NCBI RefSeq assembly: GCF_009914755.1
Contig: NC_060926.1
Source: the human T2T-CHM13v2.0 reference genome, Homo sapiens
Length of the DNA: 64,000 bases
Strand: one strand, 5' to 3'
Every line of letters begins with the position of its first letter. Position 1 is the first letter of the stretch. Shown here piece by piece: positions 41,260 to 54,110 of this stretch. Below the pieces are notes generated by a model that was not told the origin of the DNA, did not search any database, and worked only from the letters and a program-made list of their open reading frames with translations. A program made the translations under genes and the position numbers.

Positions 41260-41530
41260 CACAAAAGGCAGTATGGCATAAATTTAAGAACATAGTATCA
41301 GATCCGTACCACATAGGCCAAGTTCTGGTTCACCCACGTCCTGGTTGGGTGAGTCTGGGAAAATTAACATCTGTGACTTTGACTCCTTTTTATCTTTCTC
41401 CTGTGCCTTCCTTCTTTAAAAAAGGACCAATAATAGTATGTCTTCATAGTATTGTTAAAAGGATTCAGAGAAATAATACAGAGAAATCAGTCAGTAAATG
41501 CTCAGTAAATGTTTCCTACTTATTACGAGC
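41260..41530 (+). mobile_element. MIR
   Basis: gagtctgggaaaattaacatctg...attcagagaaataatac...agtaaatgctcagtaaatgtt. Confidence 0.7.
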
Positions 41531-41844
41531 TTCCTAGCATTGGGCACGTGCTTTCAACCCTGTTTCAAGTTCTTCATCGTAAAATGGAAAAAATAGTACT
41601 TTTTCAAAAGGTTGTTGTGGTAAATATTTTTGCTTATATAACTTTATTCATATATTTATTTAGTAAAAGTGTATAAATAAAATTACAAATAATTTACATA
41701 TAAGCATAATGTTAACATTATAGAGTATGCACTATATATAATTTTGGATAATTTTATTTGAATGCTTATATATATAAGCATATATACCTCAAATTTATCA
41801 TTTGCTGATATACTTAGAAGAAACAGCGGTAACATACCAAGAGG

Positions 41845-42420
41845 TAGCTACCAAAGGGGAAAGGATGGGAGTGGTCCTCCCCAGGTGTTCATAATAATGG
41901 GGTGCATTGTTTGCAGAGAATTCTAACAGTAATAAAACCAAACAAGAGTTAATTTATATTCTGTTATCACCATGTCCTGTGTATTAGTCTGTTCTCACAC
42001 TGCTAATAAAGACATACCCAAGACTGGGTAATTTATAAAGGAAAGAGGTTTAATTGACTCACAGTTTCACATGGCCTCACAATCATGGCAGAAGGTGAAT
42101 GAGGAGCAAAGTCATGTCTTACATGGCAGCAGGCAAGAGAGCTTGTGCAGGGGAACTCCCATTTAAAAAACCATGAGACTTCATGAGACTTATTCATTAC
42201 CACGAGAACAGTGTGGTGGAAACCACCCCCATGATTCCATTATCTCCACTTGGTCCCACCCTTGACACATGGGGATTATTACAAATCAAGGTGAGATTTG
42301 GGTGTGGACACAGCCAAACCATATTACCCTAGCAATTCTAAACAATATCACTGATAAAATACTTCTCTCCACTGTAGCAGACCACTTCCAGAACCCCATC
42401 TTCTCCCCCAGCCTTCCCAC
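41845..42420. mobile_element. hAT-Tip100 (Arthur1-like) DNA transposon fossil split by THE1
   Basis: ggggtgcattgtttgcagagaatt...ttatcaccatg | gcaattctaaacaatatcactgataaaatact; family name from memory. Confidence 0.5.
41980..42326 (-). mobile_element. THE1B/C solo LTR
   Basis: tgtattagtctgttctcacactgctaataaagacataccc...gacacagccaaaccatatta. Confidence 0.93.
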
Positions 42421-42664
42421 CCCTGCCCCTGCTTCAGAGATGCTCTGTATATATCTGATACTCTGGTCAGTAGAATGAACTGAGTAGACCCTAGACAAGG
42501 ACAAGCTTAACATATATCCAGTGGTAAAAACAGTCACTTGATTGAGAATTTCTTATATGTGTGAAGTGCTTACTTTTGGAATGCCCACAGGAACAGTCAC
42601 TAATTTGCTATTGTCAAGGTTGAGTCACCCTGATTGAGATGTGACTCGAGTTCACTGTGTGCCT

Positions 42665-42850
42665 GCTCTCAATGAGCTATCAGCCCTGGCTGCCATGAGA
42701 ATCACCCAGGGAGCTGTAAAAAGCATCCATACCCATGCCCCACTTTAGGCCTTTTAAAGTGGAATTTCTGAGGGGGTGATGCCTGGTCACTGGTACCTTT
42801 GAAAATCTGCTCAAGTAATTTTACCATGTAGCAAGGCATGGGAAGGGCTG
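42665..42850. mobile_element. MER5A-like fossil
   Basis: agaatcacccagggagctgtaaa...cccatgcccc...aatctgctcaagtaatt. Confidence 0.65.
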
Positions 42851-42899
42851 AGCCAGGTGATATGGCATGACGATCCTGGCATTAAACTCAACTCACAGG

Positions 42900-43060
42900 T
42901 CTAATGGGGTCACCTCTCTGTGTCTCATTTTCTCATCTATAAAAAGAGAATAAAAGAACCCATCTCAAAATGTTATTGTGAGGGATGAAAGAGATAATCT
43001 ATATAAGGCATTTAGAACAGTGCTTGGTGCCCAACAGGAATTTAATAAATGCAGGCTGTT
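42900..43060 (+). mobile_element. MIR
   Basis: cacctctctgtgtctcattttctcatctataaa...catttagaacagtgcttgg. Confidence 0.8.
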
Positions 43061-43625
43061 ATAATCATAACAGCATTTTTGCACACGGCCCTGTCAGGGA
43101 GCTCTCACTGTCCATTACAGACATAAGCAAACAGGTTCAAAAAACTTAGTTGTTTGTCCAATCACAGATCTTGTAAGTGAAAAAGCAAGAAATTGATTAT
43201 AAACTTAGTGCTCAACAGTAATTTGTATGATACTCAGATACTTTGGTCTTTATTAAGCACCTACTGAATACAGTTTGGTATTTAAGTGCCTACTGAATAC
43301 AGAATTTGACATATGCCTCTAAAGTCTTCTATCACAATTATTAGCCATTACTTGCCTATCACATATTTCTCGTCCGTACCACACTTCACACCCAGGCCAA
43401 TAGGATCCTGCCTTGGCCCCCAACTCAGGGCCCTTTCATGCTTTGGAGAACCTTTTAAAATATTTTCTAAGACTTCCCTCTGAGAGGGCCAGATCTGGAC
43501 AGCTAGATGGGGCACGCTGAGCCCAACTAGCTCCTGAGTGGACTCCTGTTCCAACTTGGAGCCCATCACTTCCACTGTCTTGTTTGGTTTTCATTCAGTG
43601 GGATTGCATAAGATTGGGTTGCCAG

Positions 43626-43687
43626 CCTACAAAATGGGAGAAAATTTTCGCAACCTACTCATCTGACAAAGGGCTAATATCCAGAAT
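43626..43687 (+). mobile_element. Isolated 62-bp internal fragment of a young L1PA/L1HS ORF2
   Basis: cctacaaaatgggagaaaattttcgcaacctactcatctgacaaagggctaatatccagaat matches the young L1 consensus as recalled, CpG intact. Confidence 0.88.
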
Positions 43688-44089
43688 GAGCCAACATGCT
43701 GATTTGGGGTGACTCAAATTTTTTATATATTTAAGAATCCCACAAAAATATTTGTTTGTTCATATACACTCTAGAGGCATCCCTAAAATGTACTGTACCT
43801 AAAATATACAGTGGTCAAAAATGGTACATTTTCAACTTGAACAAGCAAATGTTTTCATGGGAGCCATTGATTAGTTAATTTTCCTAAGTCTACAGGTTTT
43901 CTATTTACATAAGTCAAAGAAAACAATTCAACAAACATTATGGATATTCAGGAACAGGGTCATAGTGCCACGTGGAAAGAATAAGAGGCAAACTAGTGAA
44001 TACAAAAAGATATTCGTGAATCTCATTAAAAAAACACATTCCTGCATTCTATGACCTCCTAGGCCAGGAGGTAGACAAGTAGAGAGTAT

Positions 44090-44310
44090 CTGGGTTTATA
44101 CGCCATATCTGCACCCACTTACTCTCTAAAACTCAGTTTTCTCATCTGTAAAATAAGGCTAATAACAGTACCCACTAGATAGAATTGTTGAGGGGAATAT
44201 ATGAGATAAATAGGTAGTCAATAGCCCAATGCAGTGTAACTTAGTAACATTATAATACTAATTGTACTAATAGTTACATTAGTAACATTGTCAACAGTCC
44301 TTAAATGTTG
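44090..44310 (+). mobile_element. MIR
   Basis: ctcagttttctcatctgtaaaataaggctaataacagtacc core. Confidence 0.8.
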
Positions 44311-45694
44311 GCCTCAAAGCAGTTTATAATCAGTGCCAGGAGAAAGCTACAAACAGTCTATGCAAGGAAAAACTAGGGGAGAAAAACAATTCCCTGGGAA
44401 AATATGGAATTGAAAGAGTTGTTCCCTGCCTGACCTTAGAATGAAAAGTGTAGCTCTCCCAAATCATGAATGAGAATTTGGGGGAGGGGATGAGGGAAGA
44501 GAAAAGAGAAAGTCCACATGGACTACCAGGAGCCATGAGGGATGGAGTTGTAGGTGGCATAGCTGAGTGAAGGTTTTAAGGGGTAGGCTAGTGATAAGCC
44601 TTAAAACCTATCCCAGAAATCCACAGACAAGTCCTTCAATCTTTCCTGACAAGTCTTCAATAACCACTGCTGGCATGATGATTGGCTAATGAATTTTGAC
44701 AGCTGCCATGTATGTAAGCAGCAGAGAAATTACATTTGCAACACCGAAGACAGGCATCACTGACCAAAAAGCAGTCCAGCCTCTAGGTGACAGGTGAACC
44801 ACTTAATAACTAGACAAGAGGTAAAGGAAGGAAGAAAGGCATCACCTTAGTCCAGGCCTGAAAGCTGATGAAATTCTAGGCTGTATCTGCACTCCACAGC
44901 CTCACTTTTCTCACCTTTTGGTGCCTTCTCCAGCTCCTATTGTTGGTCCCACTGGTGCCCCTCAGCAGCAGGCCTGGCCCTGGCCTTGTTTACAAGCCAG
45001 TTCTGTCACAGTGTGCTTAGCAGCAGCAGTGGCAGCAGGATCTGATGGAGCTTAGAGTCAAGTCAAAGTCCTACCGTCAGATGTGGAATGTCAGCCCAGC
45101 CCTTGAGGTTCTATGTGGATGCCTGGCTTAAAGTGCCAGGTATGTCCTGGATAGCCTCTTGTGAGGTATCCTCACCCGCCCCCCTGCCGTCTCGCCTTCT
45201 GAGTCCACAGCTTCTGCGCAGTTCCCCTTTCCACTCTGCCAGTTCCCCTCTTAAATGGAGGTGTTCCCCTGATCTCTGTTTGGACTCTGGGTTTGAAGCC
45301 CCACCAACTCTGGGCAGCTGTCCTCCCACCTAGTAAGTGGGGACAATCATATACGGACAGATACCACATACTCATGACTGCATAGCCTAACTCTTCTGCT
45401 GTCCTCTGGATAAAAGTAGAAAAAGAACTCAAGAGAGGACCTGTTTGTACGGCTAAAGAGACCACCTCTGTTATAAACTATTCAGTCCTACTTGGTCTGT
45501 GGGTGAGGATTAAACAAGAGTTGTGGGAATTTTACCCATTATTGCCTGATATAGCAAGAATATCTGATTCTCTAACATGCTCAGGAGGAGAATTCATCCC
45601 AAGTAGAGCTAAAAATCAGGATGCTTCTCAGCCTCTTATTTCCTATTCTAGCTGAGATCTTTATTCAGCAGCTCCTGCCACGGGATTAAATCAG

Positions 45695-45870
45695 GATCAA
45701 TGACTGTCCACTTTGACTGTACATTAGAATCCCCTGTGAACTTTTGAAACCTGTATATTCAGACCAATTATAGTAGACTCTGTTGGGGTAGGTGGATAGG
45801 GCCCCAAGGCTCAGTAGCTGAATAAGCTCCCCAGGTGATTTAAGTGCAGCCAAGACTAAAGACCCCTGTC
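45695..45870. mobile_element. MER5A/B fossil
   Basis: ctgtacattagaatcccctgtgaactttt...taagctccccaggtgattt. Confidence 0.75.
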
Positions 45871-46438
45871 TGAGGCAGAGCAGACAGCAACCTCTGGAAG
45901 TGGCATCCTGTTCCAACACCCAATACCCCTGACCACAGATTGTAAGCCCATCCTCCCGTAACTTGGGGGTGTGGTGGAGTGAACCCCTACCAACATAATT
46001 AATAAATAATAATGCTCTTGAGAAAAGCAATCAAATGAATACCACTCTGCTCAAGGATGTGAGCAAAGTCTCTGGTAGCAAAGAATGTACCGGGTTGTAG
46101 GGCTCTGAAGGGCAGACTCAGGCAGTGACATGGGGGAGGGTCATAGGGAAGCAACACCAACTTTGCTTGTTTCATACGGAGCCAAACGTTTCTAGAGAAG
46201 GCAGCCAGAGTTTTCAGAGAATCAGCTCAGTATTGGAGGAAGCTCCTCACTGGGAGTCCACAACCCTAGCTTGTCAATAATTTTCATCTTGTGTGTATCT
46301 TAAAAAGCATATATATTGACATAGAACACATTCACAGAAAATACACAAATCACAAGTGCTTTGTGTACTCTAGGCATGCCATATCTCGATATCACCATTC
46401 AACATATTAGATGTCAATTGATTATCACAAACTGAGAA

Positions 46439-46654
46439 CACCCATATAACCACAGTGCAGATCACCCATATAACCACAGTGCAGATCACCCATATAACCA
46501 CAGTGCAGATCACGCATATAACCACGCTGCAGATCACCCATATAACCACACTGCAGATCACCCATATAACCACACTGCAGATCACCCATATAACCACAGT
46601 GCAGAACACCCATATAACCACAGTGCAGATCACCCATATAACCACAGTACAGAT
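46439..46654. repeat. Minisatellite, 9 x 24 bp (CACCCATATAACCACAGTGCAGAT), inside an old antisense L1 3' fragment (~46300-46680)
   Basis: Nine head-to-tail units counted directly, each with 0-3 substitutions. Flanks acagaaaatacacaaatcacaagtg and cagatcaagaaacggaacatt are L1MC/ME-like. Confidence 0.97.
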
Positions 46655-48773
46655 CAAGAAACGGAACATTGGCCAAGTCACTTTTAATATATTCTGAGCC
46701 TTTCTTTTGTGCTGAGGAGTTGTGAAAAGCTGCACATGCAAAGATAATGATGCAGAAGCTTTCAGCCCTAGAATAACTCACAGCCTGGGGGGAAACCAGT
46801 AGACAACTATTTAGCCCCACAATTTTACAATAAATTTCCTTCAGAAAATAAATAATGTACAGTGGGCAAAAAAAAAAAAAAAAGCTTTATTTAAAGAGTT
46901 GCCATAAGAGAATTGTCCACGTTTAGGTTTATTCTATACAGTGTCAGAATTGTGCTTAGGGAAGCTCCTCTGAGTGTAGTAGTTGGGGCCATGGTTTAGA
47001 AGATGACTTTGGAGCAAACTGATAAATAGCTTTACATGACAAATGAACAGGAATTGGAGGAAGTTGGGAAGAAGAAAGAAGGGGAGATGGAAAGAAAAAG
47101 GGGAAACAGCAAAGAAATATGGCAGGAGGTAGGTGCAATAGGAAAGTGGCCAGTAAGAAATTCTCAGTGACTGAGTGACTGAAGGACATGTAAGAACAGG
47201 GATAGCTAATATCCCAATTAGAATTATTAATGTTGCTATAGATCAGCTTGTCTCCTCCCCAATCCTCCCGTAAAACCTGCTACATTTTTAAATGCTTTCT
47301 GTAGTGGTTTGGGGGAAAAGGAGGAGAAAGTGCCAATTTCTCCAGCCAGATAAGTATAGAGCAGAGGGACTGAAACAGTCATAGGAAATGAGATTAAAGG
47401 AGAGACAGGCACTAATCAGAAGTGCCCATGAGAGGGGAAGCCCCAGGGAATCACACAGATTTGGGGGGAGACATAAAATTTCCTACCAGATGTTCAATGT
47501 GGGGCTAAGACAATTTTACTCACGCCTCAAAGCTCAGAGTGATAACAGCTGACAACTGCATGAATATGGTATATTGTCATTGGATTGTGTATGTGCCCTC
47601 TCCGGCAGTCCTGAATATATCTGAAATGCATGCCATGCACTGTAACTACCATCAGTTTCAAATACACAAAATGCTATATATACATCTATTTCAAGGCATG
47701 CTTGTGATGTAAATAGATCACCTCAGCCTCTGGTTCATAACTAGCCGTTCACCCCATTCTACACAAACATGGAGGTTTGTGCTTGTTCCCTTTGAGGATC
47801 CCTGGTTTTCTGCCATCCCAGAATGCTTCTGCATGGGCAGATGTGGGAGCATTGTGAGGCCCACACTGGTCATATGATCTAGGCGAATTCCTCACAACCT
47901 CCCCTCACACCACAGCATGCTCTACTTTTGAAAGGTGAACCGAAATCCCACTCAGCTCAGCTGAACGTGTTCTTTCCAGTGCACTGAGGTTTCTGGGTGT
48001 CTACGATCTGCATCCACTGTGTTACCATGACACATAGGCTGCAGAGCTCCCCATCAGAAATATGCATTTAAAAAATGGCAAAGGCATATGTGAAGGAAGA
48101 AAAGGTTTAAGAAGGGCAGTTTTTGCCTGTTTGAGAGAGAGGTCATGATCTGAAGCTCAGCTGACTGAAACATGCTGTATTCCAGCAAAGAAAAAAAACA
48201 GCAAAACAGAAAATAGAATAATAAGAAAAAAGAGCTGTTAGAATTGCCTATTCTATATAGTGCCACAACTGAGACTAATGGAAAGCAGATTTGGGCTCAA
48301 TTTGACTAAGATTATGGTAATGGCTGCATCTGACTGTAGTGAAAAGGCTTTCTTTATGGAGTGGTAGAAGCTGGAAACTCAAGAAAACAGTCTTAACTGC
48401 CAGTTGCCAGATCCTCTCCAGGGAGGGATTGGGCAGTACCAGAGGCAAATCAGACATGCATGGGAGTCTCTCAAACACACCATGAAGCATCTCCAGCTTC
48501 CTCCACACACGACTCCAATCCAAGTCAACAGGATGGGCCCCAGGCACTGGATAAATCAAGGTGTTCTGTAGCTGTTTTAAAAGAGAAAACTAAACGAACT
48601 ATGAACAGATTGTTCACAAATTATACTGGGGAGAAAACTATGAGATACACAGTTGACTAGATTCTAGAGCTCTATAAGCAGCTGTTCGATTAATTCTTCA
48701 TTTCCTTAGTGGATGCAGGCACAAGGTGGAGGTTAGAATGTTGTTTGTTGGACCAAGAAGTGACTAAGAGGAG

Positions 48774-49396
48774 AGTGGTGGGCAAATTTCTAAAGATGAC
48801 CTCCCCCAAATTCCTGCTCCCTGAGTATTCGATCAAACAGTAACCTAGGCACTGCTGTGAACAGATTTTGCAGTTGTAATTAAATTCTCAATTCAGTTGA
48901 CATTAAAATTTTAACATTTTTCTGAATAGAGCTAGCCTAATCACATTAGCCTTTAAAAGCATAAAGTTTTCTTCAGCTGCTGAGAGAAGAGAAAGACATA
49001 AAGAGAAGTCAGAGAGATCTGAAACGTGAGAAGGACTCAATGCACTATTGCTGCTTTGAGGATGGAAGGAGCCACATGAGAAGGAATGTGCACAAGCCTT
49101 GAAGAGCCAAAGGCAACCCCAGATGACAGCTAGCAAGGAAACAGGGGCTTCAGGCCTACAATTGGAAGGGACTGACTCAACAACCCGAGGCAGCTTGGAA
49201 GGGGACTCTTCACAGGTCCTCCAGATAAGAGACCAGCACAGCCAACAACTTGACTTTGGTCCCCTGAGACCTTAAGTAAAGAACCCAGCCAAGCCCAGCT
49301 GGACTTCTGACCTACAGAACTGTGGAATAACAAGTGGATGTTGTTTAAACTACTAAGTTGGAGTCATTTGTTACAAGGCAACAGGAAAGTAATTCA
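48774..49396 (+). mobile_element. MLT1E-family solo LTR
   Basis: tctaaagatgacc...ctaggcactgctgtgaa...gacttctgacctacagaactgtg; perfect TSD aggag (48769-48773 / 49397-49401). Confidence 0.9.
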
Positions 49397-50679
49397 AGGA
49401 GTCACTGTTCCCCATAAGAGAAGAGCATGATGGTTCTCCTAGTACAGGCCCTACATGAGCATCCCTAATATCCCTGATGAAATGTTCACCCTGCTCAATA
49501 TTGTAAGGTGAGTGAGTTTGTCTTCTGGGCCTGAAGATTCCAAATTCTGCACCACCACCCCCTCCGACACTTGCCCAGTTTTGGTGACTCTCATGTGACT
49601 CTATTTCTTTCCCTTAATCAGAGTTTCAGACAGGATACAGTGTAAATAACTTAGCATAACCCTGCCAAGGAATTTGTACTTTAACTGAGATGAAAGTTCA
49701 GCTAGAGAGTTGGAGTTTAAGAGGGGAGAGGAGTCATCATTTTCCTAGCACCCTTGGAAACACAAAGCATTGGCAGGCCCTGACTACATAAGTGGCACAG
49801 GCAATAACTATATCTCCATGCAAATGATATGTGAGGAAGAAATAAGGCTTAACCTGGCAGCCAATAACAGAGTGACAATAAAAATCTAGGCAGGCCATAT
49901 CCCAATGTCACCCTTCAACATCTTAGATGTCAAATTTGTCACATGTTAACTTTAAATGTTTTTAAGTTAAATACACAGAAAGAGCCAAACTAGGAGAGGT
50001 AATAAGCCAGGGGAAAAATAGCCTCTTAATTAGATTCCTTTCATTCAATAGACGTACCCTATTTTACCCTATTAACTTCACTGATTTTACTTTTAGAAAA
50101 GAAACAAAGACCCCCAAATATCTAAAATACTTTTTACTTGATTAAAAAGAAAAGATAAAACTGCAGAGAAAAATATATCCAAAAAGAAGATTGATTGTGT
50201 TTTCCTTAGTCTACGTGAAATCCATTAGCATTAACTTGAGGAAAGGTTCCAAGAAGGAGACACTTTCTGAAACCTTAGTGATGTCCACTGGATTGTGTTT
50301 GCCAGTACTCCAGATGAGTGCACGTTATCCGCCGTCTTACCTTGAAAGAAAAGTCCCCAGATGTTTGCATACTTTAAGGAAGAAAAAGAATGTGGTACAA
50401 TATCTATTTATTCATTAATTTACTCATTCATTCAATACATACATGCTAAGCAACACTGGATGCCTTCCGTCAGTCTTCTGTGAGGCATCTTTGTTAGATG
50501 GGGAAATAAACTTAGAACCAGTCTTGACCCACAATTTTTGGATTTTACAACCAATAGACCATTGGACTTTACAACCCAAAATAGAAGGCTTGTGAAGAAC
50601 ACAGGTTTTGTCATCAGAATGACCTATGTTCAAGCCGTGACACATCTTGATGAGCTGGGACAAATAACTTGAACACTCT

Positions 50680-50830
50680 AAGATTCCACATTTATAAAAT
50701 GAGGCAATAATGCTAAGCAGCACATAGAATTCCTGTGCAGATAAATGAGATAATGCATATAATATACTCAGCATAGTGCCAGGTATATATTAATGGCTCA
50801 AGCAATATTAACTATTGGGAGTATAATTAT
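50680..50830 (+). mobile_element. MIR
   Basis: tataaaatgaggcaataat...taaatgagataatgcatat...agcatagtgccagg. Confidence 0.75.
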
Positions 50831-50899
50831 TTTAATAATGAGAAATGGAGTTCCTCTGGCTGCTGTGGATCTGAATGAGGTTTGGTAGCAGCACCTACT

Positions 50900-51720
50900 G
50901 GCATCAGCACAGCTCTCCTGAACTGGAGTATTTCTTCAACCAAGTATTTCCCCACATTTTTACAAGTTCCTAGCCACTTTCATCAAATGCATGGATAACA
51001 TTAGGCAGAAAAGGAAATTAATTTTTTATAATCCAGTTTCAAATGGATCTCAACAGGCTAGGGTGATGAACTGAATCTTATACGATGTCATTTCTCTGAA
51101 GATAAATGTAAATCCTACACTTGAATCTACACAGTCAATTGCACAAAGAAGCTGGAGTATGCATATGGCTGAGCAGAAGTTTTAGGGGACAAAGAGCTCA
51201 TTGTGGAATGTGTCTGTCACCTTCAATGGCACCAGTGAAAACATGATATTGAAAATTGGGAAATAATTTTTCTGTTTTATTTTTAGCTAACATTTATTTG
51301 ACCACATGTGATGTAGAGTTGTCTCTTGGTATCTGTAGGAGGTTGGTTCTAGGACTCTTATAGATGCAAATTCCAAGGATGCTCAAGCCTCTTATATAAA
51401 AGGACATAGTATTTGTATATAATATATGCATATACTCCCATATATTTTAAATCATTGCTAGATTACTTATAATGCATAATACAATGTATGTGCTATGTAA
51501 ATACTTGTCATAATATATCGTTTTTATTCTTGAATTATTCCTATGGTTTTTTCCTGAATATTTTGGATGCATCACTAGTTGAAGCCATGGATGTGAAATC
51601 CTTATATTCAAAAGGCCCACTGTATTGTGTCAAAATTTGAGCATCACACTTCAAGAAGGAAATCAACAAGTTGGAACACATTCAGAAAAAGATATTTAGG
51701 GCTGAAGAAACATCAGGTTA
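50900..51720 (+). mobile_element. L3/CR1 LINE fossil interrupted by MER2
   Basis: tttcaaatggatctcaacaggctag...gataaatgtaaatcctacactt; after MER2 tattgtgtc...cacacttcaagaagga...aagttggaacacattcaga. Confidence 0.7.
51316..51622 (+). mobile_element. MER2 (Tigger-derived)
   Basis: gttgtctcttggtatctgtaggaggttggttctaggac...ctagattacttataat...ggcccactg, flanked by TA on both sides. Confidence 0.88.
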
Positions 51721-52222
51721 TACACTTACAAGAAGAATCGATAGAGGAGACAGCATGTGAACTGGATTTGTGAGATTGGATAGAAAAACCGGAAAAATGT
51801 CTTGGGATCAGGGGTGAATAAAGTGTGCTCTGCAGACTGTAAGTCTAGTTGGAGTGGATATTTAAAAAGTAATTATATATAATATATATTCTTTTCTGTG
51901 GATATGCAACTGATTATGCTTCTAACACTTTCTGCCCCATTCCTAGACCCACTGAGATCACAAAACAACTAACGATTTGTGAACCAACATGTGTGGCAAC
52001 TCACTGAGTAATGAAAAGATAAGAAGGGAATCATTCTTCTGGGAAACGAAGAATCATTGTGTCACACAATCCTACCTAAGTTGTTTCATGAAGCAGAAAC
52101 TCCTCCACTTGGATGGGCTGCTAATGAAAGGAACTTTCATAGGTAATCCTAGATCTGCCTCCTTCCCACCAGATTTCTTCCTAATCACATGAGATGACTG
52201 ATTGAAGGTTTTGCAGGGCCTC

Positions 52223-52591
52223 TGTGTTAGTCCATTCTCATGCTATTATGAATAAATACCCAAGACCATATAATTTATAAAGGAAAGAGTTTTAACTGAC
52301 TCAGTTTTGCATGGCTGGGAAGACCTCAGGAAATTTACAATCATGGCCAAAGGGGAAGCAAACATGTCCTTCTTCACATAATGGCAACAAGGAGAAGTGC
52401 CGAGCAAAAGGGTGAAAATTCCCTTATAAAACCATCAGATCTCGTGAGAACTCACTATCACAAGAACAGCATGAGGATAACCAGCTCCATGATTAAATTA
52501 CCTCCAACCTGGTCCCTCCCATGACATGTGGGGATTCTGGGAACTACAATTTAAGATGAGATTTGGGTGGGGACACAGCTAAACCATATCA
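52223..52591 (-). mobile_element. THE1C solo LTR
   Basis: ggggaagcaaacatgtccttcttcac...gagaagtgccgagcaaaaggg...aaaccatatca; perfect TSD gcctc (52218-52222 / 52592-52596). Confidence 0.93.
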
Positions 52592-53939
52592 GCCTCTTAT
52601 ATGGATTTGTGTACATCCAGGGCAAATCCAAGATAACAATGTGAGATCAAGATTGTCAATTAGGATCTGTAATGCTTTTCTAAGCTCCCTTTACCCTTTT
52701 GTAATTTCTTCCCTCAACCAGAGCACCACCACCTCCAACAGGAACAAGCACAGACTGTGTTGCATGCACCTTCTTTGGTTCTCCAGGGTCCTCAGTTATG
52801 GCAGGACATACCCTTCCTTCCTAGGCAGTTCCTGGACCTCTCCTGGCTTCTGTCCCTTTGTCAGAAGTGGCTTGCCCTGATAAAATACTTACAGCGAGTA
52901 AATGTTATAAACTAATCCATGACTAAGGTGTTCATAGCCGAATAATTGCTTAATGTATTTTACAACTTATTTTCATCTAAGTTGGAAGGGTCTTTTATCC
53001 AAAACCCTGGGTTGGGAAGCACTGCTCCATCTGCCTATTGAAATGCATCCCTGAGTTTGGACACTGGTTCTTTTGGCCCTTCTATCTCTGGGCACATGAA
53101 AGGTAAAAGCCTTCCAGACTTTGTCCAAATCATCACGCGAAACAGGACTCTCACACAGCTTTGGCTTCAGACAAATATAGAGTAGTCAGAAACATAGCTG
53201 AAGCTATAAACTCTGGGCTTAAACTTGTCAGGAAATGTTCACTTGTTTTCATCAGGCCATACCAAGAAGAAAAGAAAGATCATATGACCAAACAGATAAA
53301 CAAAAATGTCAAACCAAAGAGCCAAAGGGTACTAAAAACAGAGGCTGAGATTTTTGCAAAGCCCATAAGCTCACCTTATGGAGCAAAGCCTATCAAAACA
53401 GATGACACCAACATAAACCCCAACATAAAGGAGCAGAAAACTAAGATTAAGCCAAGACTACTAATGGGCACTTAGGGACCCCTAGGTCTCATGAAAGGCA
53501 GAAGTCAGGCTGGTTTCCCCAGCTGCCTACCAGAAAAAGTTGTATTTTGGCTAAGTTCAAAAAGTCAGTCCAGACTTTTCTCCTCTCTCCCAGTAAGAAA
53601 GACTCTGCAGTGAACGTTAAATATTTACCCCAAGCCCTGCCTTGCTTATTTTTTGAGAGTTACCTTGTAAATAAAACAACTCTAGTATCCAAAAACTTAG
53701 AAGTATTAGGAGGATGCTAATTGTATGAGATACTCATATAGGGCACTGAAGCCTTCTTCCAGCAATCCCTGGGGTATCCTACAATTGCTGGGAGGGATTA
53801 GAGGACAGTCCTGTATACTTCTGCCTCATCCTTGATATAACAATAACAAAATACAGACATCATTTCCAACAACAATAGTACAATAACAAAAACTAGAAAA
53901 AACATCACGTCCAGCTACAATACAACCCTACCACCAAAA

Positions 53940-54110
53940 ACAGTGACTAATACTTAATATGTACCCAACACCATTTTCCTCTTGTTAAATGTAACATCTT
54001 ATTTAAACTCCACAAGAATTCCATTTTGCAGATGACAAAACTGAGGCACAGAAAGGGAAATATGACTAATAAATGAAGGAGCCAGTGCTATTCTTAGCCA
54101 TGGAACTTTA
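53940..54110 (-). mobile_element. MIR
   Basis: ccattttgcagatgacaaaactgaggcacaga core. Confidence 0.75.

Noticed and set aside
46370-46820. Repetitive ORFs (QITHITTV, CTVVIWVI, GDLHCGYM) and CRISPR-like periodicity
   Set aside because: Units are head-to-tail with no unique spacers and no cas genes. The ORFs exist because a 24-bp stop-free unit is a multiple of 3.
50888-50905. CTCF-like motif (reverse complement CCAGTAGGTGCTGC); also ccagcagggtggcag near 9471
   Set aside because: Both deviate at core positions (GGC) or in spacing; cannot be supported without ChIP data.
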